Both the position numbers and the translations under genes were made by a program. From contig JAEHCQ010000002.1 in the NCBI GenBank assembly GCA_020696385.1, positions 256,001 to 320,000 of the forward strand: DNA of 64,000 bases, written 5' to 3'. The notes below the pieces were generated by a model. That model saw only the letters and a program-made list of their open reading frames with translations. It was not told the origin of the DNA and did no database searches. Of the stretch, positions 19,195 to 28,770 are shown one piece after another; within the stretch, counting starts at the first letter, position 1, and each line of letters starts with the position of its first letter. Source of the DNA: Methanobacteriota archaeon. GTDB taxonomy: Archaea; Thermoplasmatota; Thermoplasmata; SG8-5; JAGLSY01.

Positions 19195-20001
19195 ATGACT
19201 GGAGAACGAATTCAGGGAAATATTTTCGATATCAAGAGATATGCCATTCACGACGGGAATGGCATCAGGGTCACGGTCTTCATGCGGGGGTGTCCTCTTG
19301 ATTGCTGGTGGTGTCACAATCCGGAAGGTATACGGCCCAGGCAAGCTGGGCAGCCCGGGCAATCGGGACAGACTACACCGCATACATCAAAAGCTGGACA
19401 AAGATCGATATCTGTCAATGAGCTTATTCAAGAGGTGGAAAAGGATCTGATATTCATCGACGAATCCGGCGGAGGTGTTACTTTCTCCGGAGGCGAACCT
19501 TTGATGCAGCCAGACTTTCTTATCAACGCCCTCGAAGCATTTGGAAAAAGGTACGTTCACAGAACCCTGGACACTTCAGGATTCGCCGATACCGAAGTCT
19601 TCGCCAGCGTGTTGGAGCATGTGGATCAGGTATTGTTCGATCTCAAATTGATAAATGAGGAGGAGCATGCCAAATACACTGGTGTGTCGAATGACCTGAT
19701 ATTGAAAAATCTCCGGATACTGGATCAAAGTGAGAAAGATGTGATATTGAGATTGCCCGTCATACCCGGGATCACGGATGTTGAGTCCAACATCCGTGCC
19801 ATCGGGGAATTGGTATCCACCCTGGAAAATATCGATACTTTGGAATTGCTGTCATACCATGCCACGGCCAGAGCGAAATACGAGAGGCTGGGTGTCGAGT
19901 TCCGGATGGGTGATATCGTGCCTGTGAGTGAGCGAGATTTGGTATCAATTAAATATACTATGGAAAGCATGGGGATAAAAGTGATTGGAGGACCGGAATG
20001 A
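19195..20001 (+). CDS. Glycyl-radical enzyme activase (radical SAM)
   Basis: HDGNGIRVTVF.RGCPLDCWWCHNPE, GGVTFSGGEP, DTSG, DLK; ATGA overlap with the GRE. Confidence 0.93.
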   Translation: MTGERIQGNIFDIKRYAIHDGNGIRVTVFMRGCPLDCWWCHNPEGIRPRQAGQPGQSGQTTPHTSKAGQRSISVNELIQEVEKDLIFIDESGGGVTFSGGEPLMQPDFLINALEAFGKRYVHRTLDTSGFADTEVFASVLEHVDQVLFDLKLINEEEHAKYTGVSNDLILKNLRILDQSEKDVILRLPVIPGITDVESNIRAIGELVSTLENIDTLELLSYHATARAKYERLGVEFRMGDIVPVSERDLVSIKYTMESMGIKVIGGPE

Positions 20002-22358
20002 ACTCTCGTATCCAGAAGCTCAGAGAAGATAGTATATCGGCTGTTCCAGAGGTATCGGCAGAGCGAGCGGCCCTTGTAACTGAGTATTACAAGAGCGTGG
20101 AAGGTCAGGATATTCCAATACCCATTAAGAGAGCCAGTGCCTTCAAACACATTATGATGAATAAAGAATTGTGCATATTGAAGGGAGAGCTCATTGTGGG
20201 CGAAAGAGGCCCGTCACCCAAGGCCACTCCCACATACCCGGAGATCTGCATCCATTCTTTGGATGATCTTCAAGTACTGGACACCAGGCTGAAGATACCG
20301 TATAAAGTATCTTCAGATGTGAAGGATATTTATCAAAGAGAGATAATTCCATTCTGGGAAGGCAGATCGCAAAGAGAGCTCATATTCAAGAACATGAAAG
20401 AAGACTGGCTGGCAGCATATGAGGCGGGTGTTTTCACAGAGTTCATGGAACAACGGCCTCCGGGACACACGGCACTCGATGATAAGATCTACAAAAAAGG
20501 ATTTTTGGATTTTCAGAAAGATATCCAAGCCAGTATTGGAAATATTGATGAGAATCACCCTGAAGCGCGCGGAAAAAAGGACGAACTGGAGGCCATGCGG
20601 ATAAGCCTCGACGCCCTCATTGGTTTCGCAGAGCGGCACGCGGAAAGATTGGAAGAGATGGCGCGCGTGGAACCGGATGCTGACAGGAAAAAGGAAATTG
20701 AGGAGATGGTGCGCGTATGCCGTCGAGTGCCAGCAAACTCTCCAGAGAGCTTCTGGGAGGCCATCCAGTATTATTGGTTCGTCCATATCGGGATCATCAC
20801 CGAGGTGAATCCCTGGGATGCTTTCAATCCAGGAAGACTGGACCAACACCTTTATCCATTTTACAAACAAGAGATAGAAGCTGGCACATTGACCGAAGAG
20901 AGAGCGAAAGAGCTTCTTCAAGCCCTCTGGATCAAGTTCAATAATCATCCAGCTCCCCCGAAGGTCGGTGTCACTTCCAAGGAAAGCAGCACTTACACGG
21001 ACTTCGCCCTTATCAATCTGGGTGGATTGAAGGAAGATGGCTCAGATGCCGTGAACGACCTGAGCTACCTGATACTGGATGTCATTGGCGAGATGAGGTT
21101 GGTACAACCAAGCTCCATGATCCAGCTGAGTAAGAAGAACCCGGATAGGTTCATCAAACACGCGATCCAGATCGTTCGATCTGGATTCGGCCAGCCGTCG
21201 GTGTTTAACACCGATGCCATTGTTCAGGAATTGATGCTTCAAGGCAAACGCCTTGAAGACGCACGGACTGGCGGGGCCAGTGGCTGTGTGGAAAGCGGGG
21301 CCTTTGGCAAAGAAGCCTACATACTCACTGGCTATTTCAATATCCCCAAGGTCCTGGAGATCGCACTACATAATGGCCATGATCCACGCACTGGCAATAA
21401 AGTGGGCGTGGAAACTGGCGATCCATCCAAATTCGAATCCTTTGACCAGCTCTACGAAGCTTTCGAAAAACAAATGAAATATTTCATAGATATCAAGATA
21501 ATTGGTAACAATATCATTGACCAACTGTATGCCAGATACCTCCCAGTTCCCTTCCTATCGACCATGATAGATGATTGCATATCCGAAGGAAAGGACTATC
21601 ATGATGGGGGTGCGAGATACAATACCAGCTACATCCAGGGTGTGGGTTTGGGAAGCATAACCGATTCCCTTGTTTCGATCAAACATAACGTGTTTGATCG
21701 AAAGACAGCGACCATGACCGAGTTCCAGAAGGCACTGGCAGAGGACTTTGATGGTTCTCCAGAGCTGCACCATGCGATTATGGAGAACACACCGAAATAC
21801 GGTAATGATGATGATCGAGCCGATGATATCATGAAAAGAGTCTTCAACACCTACTATGGACTGATCGATGGTCGGCCGAATTCCAGAGGCGGCCAGCATA
21901 GGATCAATCTTCTTCCCACGACCGTCCATATTTACTTCGGCAGTGTGATCGGTGCTTTGCCAGATGGGAGAAAGGCTGGCCAGCCATTGTCCGAGGGCGT
22001 GTCCCCTGTTCAGGGGGCGGATAGGAATGGGCCCACTTCAGTCCTCCGATCAGCTGGCAAGATAGATCATATAAGAACTGGTGGCACTCTTTTGAACCAG
22101 AAATTCACGCCACAATTGCTCGCTGATGATGCGGGGAGGAACAAGCTGGCACATCTCATTAGAGGGTATTTCAAAATGGACGGCCATCATATTCAATTCA
22201 ATGTAGTGACTGCCGAGGCTCTCAGAAAGGCGCAGCAAGAGCCTGAGAAACACCGTGATCTGATCGTCAGGGTGGCTGGCTACAGTGATTATTTCGTGGA
22301 TCTAGCACCTGAACTCCAAGAAGAGATCATCAATAGGACGGAGCATCAGGATCTCTAA
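19998..22358 (+). CDS. hypD: Glycyl radical enzyme, trans-4-hydroxy-L-proline dehydratase-like
   Basis: FTEFMEQRPPGHT, PAPPKVGVTSKESSTYTDF, SGCVE (single Cys), LPTTVHIYFG and RVAGY match HypD motifs as recalled. Confidence 0.85.
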   Translation: MNSRIQKLREDSISAVPEVSAERAALVTEYYKSVEGQDIPIPIKRASAFKHIMMNKELCILKGELIVGERGPSPKATPTYPEICIHSLDDLQVLDTRLKIPYKVSSDVKDIYQREIIPFWEGRSQRELIFKNMKEDWLAAYEAGVFTEFMEQRPPGHTALDDKIYKKGFLDFQKDIQASIGNIDENHPEARGKKDELEAMRISLDALIGFAERHAERLEEMARVEPDADRKKEIEEMVRVCRRVPANSPESFWEAIQYYWFVHIGIITEVNPWDAFNPGRLDQHLYPFYKQEIEAGTLTEERAKELLQALWIKFNNHPAPPKVGVTSKESSTYTDFALINLGGLKEDGSDAVNDLSYLILDVIGEMRLVQPSSMIQLSKKNPDRFIKHAIQIVRSGFGQPSVFNTDAIVQELMLQGKRLEDARTGGASGCVESGAFGKEAYILTGYFNIPKVLEIALHNGHDPRTGNKVGVETGDPSKFESFDQLYEAFEKQMKYFIDIKIIGNNIIDQLYARYLPVPFLSTMIDDCISEGKDYHDGGARYNTSYIQGVGLGSITDSLVSIKHNVFDRKTATMTEFQKALAEDFDGSPELHHAIMENTPKYGNDDDRADDIMKRVFNTYYGLIDGRPNSRGGQHRINLLPTTVHIYFGSVIGALPDGRKAGQPLSEGVSPVQGADRNGPTSVLRSAGKIDHIRTGGTLLNQKFTPQLLADDAGRNKLAHLIRGYFKMDGHHIQFNVVTAEALRKAQQEPEKHRDLIVRVAGYSDYFVDLAPELQEEIINRTEHQDL

Positions 22359-22393
22359 GTATGCAGAAAGCTTGTAAGTTATCTGAAGCTGGA

Positions 22394-22431
22394 TCCTGAA
22401 TTTCAATCTCAGCAGGGTTTGAAATTCAGGA
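22394..22431. terminator. 13-bp perfect inverted repeat after hypD, putative terminator
   Basis: TCCTGAATTTCAA-N12-TTGAAATTCAGGA. Confidence 0.55.
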
Positions 22432-22482
22432 CAAACAATATTTAATCTGTTAACTTAATGGCCTTGGTAAAGATCTGATAAT

Positions 22483-24342
22483 ATGGTGAATGTGAATAGA
22501 TATAAAACAGCTAATGATTATCAATTATCAGCCCTGCGTCGTTATCCCGCGCTCACTGTGGTGGCTGTCGGACTGGCACTGTTCGCTTCCTTGCTAACCA
22601 CTATGTCATCCTGGGTATTGGGAGATGCGGTTGATGAATTAGCACTGGCTGTCGAGGGCGATCTCGGCCTTACAGCGGGATTCATTCAAAGCTGCTGGTA
22701 CATCCTGGGGATAGCTGGCCTTCTTTTCATCACCTACATCGTCGTGGGATATGCCTTTGCCATCATCACATTGAGATGGGAAAGGGACGCTCGCCAGGAG
22801 TTTTTCGATGTTATCCAAAAGAACAGCATGACATTCCACGATCAGGTGGATAGTAAACAATTGCTGGCAGTCGCGATGCAGGATATTCGATGGGTGCGTT
22901 TTTCACTTAATCCCGCGCTCAGGAACATCATCATGGCGATTGGATCACTTATCATCGCCTCCATATTGCTGGCCTGGATAGACATCGAGGCAGGGCTCTT
23001 CCCCACACTTGGCGTGATAGTTTCGATCGGATCACCACTTTACCTTTTCTTCGCCTATCGCTATGCCGTGGCCATCGAGCCAGTTAGAAGGGAGAGGTCG
23101 GAGCAGAATGAGAAGATGACCGCGGTCAGCCAGGAGGTTTTCCGAGGCATTGAAGTTGTTAGGGCCTTTGGCACCGAAAGGGTGGAGATGAAGAAGTTCG
23201 AGAAGGTGTCAAAAGAGTATCAGCGACTTCTGACAAAAGAAGGGAGGCTGGCAGCTTTCTATATCCCCAATCTCATTCTCACTCTGACCACGGCTGTTGC
23301 TTTCATTTACGTCGCTAATCAGGTAATGGAAGGGATGTTTCCGATAGGCACTCTGGTCAAAGCCATCGCATTGCTGGCAGCTGTCGATGGATTCAGCCAC
23401 ATGCTGCCCCGATTTCTTCTTGTCATTCGTGGCGGGCATGTGAATGCCAAACGAATAGTCAAAATTCTGAGCTGGGAGGATCCGATGGAGGAGCCGACCA
23501 ATCCAGTGAAGAAGATCGACTGGAAAGCTGACATCGTTTTCGAGAATGTCAGTTTCGGCTACACTTCCAGCGATGGGGATGTCAATTCCTATGCCCTGAA
23601 GGATCTTAATTTCAAAATACCAGGCGGCTCGAGGGTGGCGTTGATAGGCGGGCCAGGCGGAGGAAAGACCACCATATTGAAGCTGCTGCTTCGTCTGTAT
23701 GATCCGTCTGAAGGTCGGATCATCATAGGAAATACTAATCTGAATAAGGTACACACGAAGGATGTTCGCGATGCGGTCGGACTGGTGGAGCAGAATGTGT
23801 TTCTTTTCAGAAAGAGTATCAAAGGTAACATAGCATTTGGACGCGCGGATGCCTCGGACGAGGAGATTGAAAAGGCAGCGGAGAGGGCTCAGGCAGCGGA
23901 ATTCATCGATGAGTTGGAAGAAGGATATGAGACCGTTATCGGTGAGAGAGGCATGACCCTGAGCGGGGGTCAGAGACAGAGACTGGCAATCGCCCGTACC
24001 ATTCTGCAAGATCCGAAAATATTACTGTTGGATGATTCCGCTAGCGCGATAGATGCGAGGACGGAATATCTTTTACGTAAAGCTCTGGACGAGGTCATGC
24101 ATGATCGAACCAGCATAACCGTGACCCAGAGATTGAGAACATTACTCGAAGCAGATATAATCATCATAGTGGATAAAGGTAAATTGGTAGCAATGGGCAA
24201 GCATGACGAGCTATTGGCCACATCCAAACATTACCAAAGAATATTCAGCCATCTTCCAGAGGCGGTATCTTATAATTCAGCAAATAAAGGAAAGACTGGC
24301 ACAAACTCAGAGGATATTGTGAATGAAGGAGGTGGGAACTGA
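22483..24342 (+). CDS. Heterodimeric ABC exporter, subunit with degenerate site
   Basis: TMD + NBD; LSGGQ; Walker B LLLDD (D for E) and switch TQR (Q for H), as in TM287-type subunits. Confidence 0.9.
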   Translation: MVNVNRYKTANDYQLSALRRYPALTVVAVGLALFASLLTTMSSWVLGDAVDELALAVEGDLGLTAGFIQSCWYILGIAGLLFITYIVVGYAFAIITLRWERDARQEFFDVIQKNSMTFHDQVDSKQLLAVAMQDIRWVRFSLNPALRNIIMAIGSLIIASILLAWIDIEAGLFPTLGVIVSIGSPLYLFFAYRYAVAIEPVRRERSEQNEKMTAVSQEVFRGIEVVRAFGTERVEMKKFEKVSKEYQRLLTKEGRLAAFYIPNLILTLTTAVAFIYVANQVMEGMFPIGTLVKAIALLAAVDGFSHMLPRFLLVIRGGHVNAKRIVKILSWEDPMEEPTNPVKKIDWKADIVFENVSFGYTSSDGDVNSYALKDLNFKIPGGSRVALIGGPGGGKTTILKLLLRLYDPSEGRIIIGNTNLNKVHTKDVRDAVGLVEQNVFLFRKSIKGNIAFGRADASDEEIEKAAERAQAAEFIDELEEGYETVIGERGMTLSGGQRQRLAIARTILQDPKILLLDDSASAIDARTEYLLRKALDEVMHDRTSITVTQRLRTLLEADIIIIVDKGKLVAMGKHDELLATSKHYQRIFSHLPEAVSYNSANKGKTGTNSEDIVNEGGGN

Positions 24343-26288
24343 TGGCCGCACCAAGGGGGCCAGCCATGATGATGGAGAAAGAGAAGCGTAGCAGGCCGAT
24401 GCGCGTATTGCTGCGTAGCATGTTCGGTTATCTCGGACAGTTCAAAAGAATCATCTTCGGAGCCGCCATACTCTCGATACTGGCTACCATCTTCCTCGCG
24501 GTCGACCCCCTCGTGCTATCTTGGGGTATCGATCTTGTCATGGAGCCAGGAACTGACCTCAATAATATCCTGATCCTGGGGGCTTTGTTCACTGGCCTGA
24601 AAGTGACCAGTTGGGTTTTAGCCAGTATAAATACCTGGATAATGGCCGGAGCCCAGGCGGGCTTTGTCCGATCCCTGCAACAGGATGTTTACAATAAGCT
24701 CGTGAAGGCCGACCTCTCATATCACCATGGGGAGCAAAGCGGCGATGTGACCTCCAGAGTGACATCGGATACTGATTCTCTAGGTGCGGGCATACAGATA
24801 ATCATAGAACTGGCCAGCCAGATATTGCTCGTCATAGCGACTTTCACCCTCATGTGGATGACATCGCCCTTCGTCGCATTGGCGGCCCTCATGGTGGTTC
24901 CTGTTGTCATTCTGATCATGGTGATCTTCGGAACCGTGGGCCAGAGGATCATGTTGGCAACCCATAGAGCGGCAGGCAAGGTCTCTGGCCAGATAGCGGA
25001 GAACCTTGGCGGAGTTCAGGTCGCCAAGGCCTTCAATCGCGAGAAGGAAACATCTTCCACACTGGGTGAACTGAATGAGGAGGCATATCGACATGGCTTC
25101 AAGTTCATGATGCTGATGACATTGATGCAACCTCTCATAAGGGCGACTGGCATTGCCGCCGTGTCCGCAATTCTGTTCGTCGGAGGAACTCTAATCACTG
25201 GCTCTACATCCACACTGACACTGGGAGAGGTCTTCCTTGGAACTATCCTGATCCAGAGATTCTTCATGCCATTGCTTATTCTGAGCATGAACGCGACCCA
25301 ATTCCAGGCATCACTGGCATCCATGGATAGACTCATGGATGTTCTCGAGGCCGAGCCGAAAGTGAGAGATTCGGATAATGCATCGCCATTGAAAGATGAT
25401 AGCGATGGTATCAGGTTCGAAAATGTGACCTTTTCCTATCTCGAAGGATCGGAGGTCCTTCGAGACGTGAGCTTCACGATAGAACCAGAGAAAATGGTGG
25501 CTATAGTCGGCCACACAGGTGCGGGAAAAAGCACAGTGGCTTCCCTTCTGAGCAGATTCTATGATCCACAGGAAGGAAATGTGTTGATAGGTGATCAGAA
25601 TATCAAGGATATCAAACTCGCATCCCTTCATGATTCCCTGGCTTTGATAGCGCAGGAACCGTATCTTTTCGATGGCACTATCTACGATAATATCAGATAT
25701 GCGTGTCCTTCGGCCAGTAATGAAGAGATCATGGAACTTAGTAAGATGATCGGAGCCCATGAGTTCATCGAGGTCCTGCCTGCGGGATATGACACGCAAT
25801 TGATAGAAGAAGGCAAGAACCTCAGCGCGGGCCAGATACAGATGATATCCATAGCGAGGACGATGCTGGCCGATCCGAAGATCCTCATACTTGATGAAGC
25901 GACCAGCCGCCTGGATGCTTATTCCGAATCACTTGTTCAGGAAGCTCAGGAAAGATTATTCTCCAAAAGAACGACTATCGTGATCGCCCACAGATTATCC
26001 ACAATTGCCAAAGCCTCCAGAATACTGGTGTTCGATCATGGAAAACTAGTGGAACAGGGCACGAATGAGGAATTATTGTCATTGGGCGGAAGATACAAAG
26101 CCCTTTACGACACCTATTATTCACATCAATCTGCCAGCGAGATATCCGAGGACACTATGAAGGTGGCTGGGAAGGAGATGAATAAGGTGGAGAAGAAGCC
26201 TGGCATGACTTCTGGAAAGACACCAGGTAAAATGGGTGGAATGGGGAGTGGGGCTATGCATAGACAAGGCCAGGGGCATGGGAAATAG
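24342..26288 (+). CDS. Heterodimeric ABC exporter, consensus-site subunit
   Basis: GHTGAGKST, LSAGQ, ILDEATS, IAHR; TGATG-coupled to the preceding gene. Confidence 0.9.
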   Translation: MAAPRGPAMMMEKEKRSRPMRVLLRSMFGYLGQFKRIIFGAAILSILATIFLAVDPLVLSWGIDLVMEPGTDLNNILILGALFTGLKVTSWVLASINTWIMAGAQAGFVRSLQQDVYNKLVKADLSYHHGEQSGDVTSRVTSDTDSLGAGIQIIIELASQILLVIATFTLMWMTSPFVALAALMVVPVVILIMVIFGTVGQRIMLATHRAAGKVSGQIAENLGGVQVAKAFNREKETSSTLGELNEEAYRHGFKFMMLMTLMQPLIRATGIAAVSAILFVGGTLITGSTSTLTLGEVFLGTILIQRFFMPLLILSMNATQFQASLASMDRLMDVLEAEPKVRDSDNASPLKDDSDGIRFENVTFSYLEGSEVLRDVSFTIEPEKMVAIVGHTGAGKSTVASLLSRFYDPQEGNVLIGDQNIKDIKLASLHDSLALIAQEPYLFDGTIYDNIRYACPSASNEEIMELSKMIGAHEFIEVLPAGYDTQLIEEGKNLSAGQIQMISIARTMLADPKILILDEATSRLDAYSESLVQEAQERLFSKRTTIVIAHRLSTIAKASRILVFDHGKLVEQGTNEELLSLGGRYKALYDTYYSHQSASEISEDTMKVAGKEMNKVEKKPGMTSGKTPGKMGGMGSGAMHRQGQGHGK

Positions 26289-26335
26289 AGTGTTCTGATC
26301 AATTATTTCTAAATGGATGAAATAGAAAAAAGAGA

Positions 26336-26448
26336 TGGACCCATCGGGATTTGAACCCGAGCCCTCCTGCTGGTTTGGGATTGGACGAATTATGTCATTC
26401 GCCCAAACCATGCAAAGCAGGCGATCTTCCAGTCTGATCTATGAGCCC
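26336..26448 (-). tRNA. tRNA-Ala(TGC) with 39-nt canonical 37/38 intron (26372..26410)
   Basis: Acceptor GGGCTCA/TGGGTCC with G3:U70; anticodon CCTGC-TTTGCA|A-GCAGG; BHB TTTG/CAAA helix with CA^T and CC^A bulges. Confidence 0.93.
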
Positions 26449-26608
26449 ATGTCGTGTCCCAAGTTTGATATTCCTATACCGAATGTCAAACTTGGTCTGT
26501 ATAGGTCGGAAAATACCCAATGGATAAAACGTTTTCGGATGATTGTCAATAAACATCAATAGGTGAACTGTTAAATACAATTTGGAATTACAGGATTAGT
26601 GATATAAA

Positions 26609-26683
26609 GGGCGCGTGGCCTAGCCAGGATATGGCGACAGCCTCCTAAGCTGTAAGTCAAGGGTTCGAATCCCTTCGCGCTCG
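26609..26683 (+). tRNA. tRNA-Arg(CCT)
   Basis: Acceptor GGGCGCG/CGCGCTC; ACAGC-CTCCTAA-GCTGT; AAGGG-TTCGAAT-CCCTT. Confidence 0.95.
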
Positions 26684-26712
26684 CTTTTATTTATTTTGGA
26701 TTCGTAGAGTAA

Positions 26713-26819
26713 GAAGGATGAGAACAAAGTTCGACGAGATTTATCTGAATATGATGAAGATAAATCGAGCTGGACTTGTTAGCTTTGCGAACAAGTCCAG
26801 GATCCCTTCGCGCTCGCTT
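26713..26819 (+). repeat. tRNA-trailer element copy 2
   Basis: Degenerate antisense T arm GAAGGATGAGAAC. Core AAGTTCGACGAG, GATTTATCT/AGATAAATC, CTGGACTTGTT/AACAAGTCCAG. Exact 18-bp copy of the tRNA end (26802-26819 = 26669-26686). Confidence 0.88.
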
Positions 26820-26918
26820 ATATTTTTTCTAAATGTGACTTTACAAATTAACCCTACACATTTAGAAGATCTAACACGTTTCCAACCATATTACCAGTAA
26901 AGTGTTTGATTCGATTTT

Positions 26919-28100
26919 CTACTTGATATCGATCGCCCTCTCCGGGCATAGCTCGTGGCAGCAAAAACATCTGATACATTTCTCATAATCCATCACAGCC
27001 AGCTTATCGATTATCTGAATACATTCTCTGGGGCACGCGCGCATGCAGTCACCACACCCGATGCACTTGTTCTTCGAGGGCACTGGCTTGTTCATATATC
27101 TTTTCACAAGGAATCGCCTGAGAGGTCGGGGTATTCTCATCCCACCCTTCTTTTTCCTGACTGCTGGCTCGAACTTGATGAATGGGAAAGTATCCAACTT
27201 GTCTCCTACGATCTCTATATCGGATAATTTGCCCGATACAAGCTTTCTGCTTATCGCATTTCGAAGTATCGGCAGATCTTTTGGGTCGAGTCCTACAAGA
27301 TTGGTGGCAATGATATCCAAAGCCGGGGCACTAGTACTGGCTATGATAGCTCCCGCCTTTTTCGGCTCTCCGCCTGAAGGCCCTTTGCCCTCCATCCCCA
27401 CAACTCCATCCATGATGGCCAGTGTGGGATTTATGAGCTGGGTCAGATCAAGAAGCATATCGGAGAAATCATCCGGATCTGGCAGTGTGGAATGATAAGT
27501 GGCCTTGGCCATACCTGGCACGAAGCCATAGCATATCTTCGTGGCTCCTGTGAAGCCGGTCAGCATATGTGTCTTCAGTTTGGGGAGTGTGATTATCTTA
27601 TCCACTTTGGGAACTATATCGAGAATTTCGAATGATTTGATAAGTTTGCCATTCGGATATGGGGTTCGTATCCCACCCAGGCCCATGTAGAGCTCGGCAT
27701 TGGTACCTTCGAGTGCCTGGGTGACACCCGATTTCTTGTAAGCGCGCTCAAGGCGACCTTTAGAGGCGGGACCGCCAGGGCTATCGCCCACGATAACCTT
27801 ACAGCCTGCTTCTTCCAGGATCTCGATTACCGCTTTTATCACAGCCGGGTGAGTGGTCACCGCCTCCTCTGGCTTCGAGCCCATCAGCAGATTGATCTTG
27901 ACAAATACACGATTGCCAGGCTTCACAAACTGCAAAATACCGCCCAGGCCATCTATGGATGATCTGATGGCCTTCGACACACTTATAGATTCATAATTAT
28001 CACATTTGACTATTGACACCACTGGTTTATGATTCGCACTGCCTGGATCGCTCATATTATCACTCTCTATTGGGATCTTTAAGATGAAAGGTTGTGTCAA
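26919..28100 (-). CDS. DUF362 family protein with C-terminal 2x[4Fe-4S] domain (start probably near 28055)
   Basis: VFVKINLL, VTTHP, GDSPG, LPKLKTH, DGVVGMEG.GP; CIGCGDC..CP and CIRCFCC..CP. Confidence 0.9.
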   Translation of the reverse strand: MTQPFILKIPIESDNMSDPGSANHKPVVSIVKCDNYESISVSKAIRSSIDGLGGILQFVKPGNRVFVKINLLMGSKPEEAVTTHPAVIKAVIEILEEAGCKVIVGDSPGGPASKGRLERAYKKSGVTQALEGTNAELYMGLGGIRTPYPNGKLIKSFEILDIVPKVDKIITLPKLKTHMLTGFTGATKICYGFVPGMAKATYHSTLPDPDDFSDMLLDLTQLINPTLAIMDGVVGMEGKGPSGGEPKKAGAIIASTSAPALDIIATNLVGLDPKDLPILRNAISRKLVSGKLSDIEIVGDKLDTFPFIKFEPAVRKKKGGMRIPRPLRRFLVKRYMNKPVPSKNKCIGCGDCMRACPRECIQIIDKLAVMDYEKCIRCFCCHELCPERAIDIK

Positions 28101-28651
28101 TTCATGCTCATTTCCAGGAATCTCATTTCCCTTCTCTTGCCTTCCAGGAATCGATAGACAGCGGCATGTTCGCTTCCTTCAAGCACCATCTCGGCCGCGC
28201 GCTTGGCCGCATTCAATGACACTATATCGCCTATCAGGCCGACCGTATTACCGTATATCACCATCTCCACCCCTGAAAGCTCCTCTATCAGACGTCGTGT
28301 CTTTCCACCGGTGCCGATTATCCTGGCCCTTACTCTTCTGACATGCTTCGAGTCCTTACCTGAATAATCCCTTATGTCCATGAGCTCGAGATAATTATCA
28401 TCATCGAAAAGGCGCATGGCATTGGGTGGGGAAAAGCCTCTGGCTATGGCCTTCACAACATCTCTAGCCGCCATTGCCTTGAAATTCGCACCTTCATTTT
28501 TACCTTCAGCTTTGAAGGAAAGGGACACATCCCCAGTCTTGGAATTGATCTTGATCTTGACCTCGCCAAGCCTTTCTATCAGCTTCTTGGTCTCTCCTTC
28601 TGGACCTATGAGTACAGCCACCCTTTCTTTGGGCATTCGGACAAACATCAT
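28097..28651 (-). CDS. KH-domain pre-rRNA processing protein (Dim2/Pno1 homolog)
   Basis: VLIGPEG, AIARGFSP, RIIGTGGKTR, GSEH..VY.FL; lies in the aIF-1A/rio1 cluster. Confidence 0.93.
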   Translation of the reverse strand: MMFVRMPKERVAVLIGPEGETKKLIERLGEVKIKINSKTGDVSLSFKAEGKNEGANFKAMAARDVVKAIARGFSPPNAMRLFDDDNYLELMDIRDYSGKDSKHVRRVRARIIGTGGKTRRLIEELSGVEMVIYGNTVGLIGDIVSLNAAKRAAEMVLEGSEHAAVYRFLEGKRREMRFLEMSMN

Positions 28652-28770
28652 CAGGCATCATCTCCTTGATTCATAGCACTGATACATATCAGGCATCCTC
28701 TTTGATTCATAGCACTGATACATATCAGGCATCCTCTTTGATTCATAGCACTGATACACATCAGGCATCA
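28650..28770. repeat. Tandem repeat, 36-bp unit x3 plus a partial copy
   Basis: ATCAGGCATCCTCTTTGATTCATAGCACTGATACAT at 28688 and 28724 (last base differs), a 38-bp variant at 28650, partial at 28760; no spacers. Confidence 0.95.
28651..28761 (-). CDS. Putative 36-aa repeat-encoded mini-ORF bridging rio1 and the KH gene
   Basis: MCISAMNQRGCLICISAMNQRGCLICISAMNQGDDA*. Its ATG overlaps the rio1 TGA and its TGA overlaps the KH ATG (TGATG at both ends). Confidence 0.35.
   Translation of the reverse strand: MCISAMNQRGCLICISAMNQRGCLICISAMNQGDDA

Noticed and set aside
19998-22358. Pyruvate formate-lyase or choline TMA-lyase
   Set aside because: Single Cys (SGCVE) instead of the PFL Cys-Cys pair; the surrounding motifs fit HypD; no microcompartment genes.
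26289-26335. End-duplication behind tRNA-Ala
   Set aside because: Only 5-6 nt similarities, not distinguishable from chance.
28650-28770. CRISPR array (36-bp repeats)
   Set aside because: Units are head-to-tail with no unique spacers, and there are no cas genes in the window.
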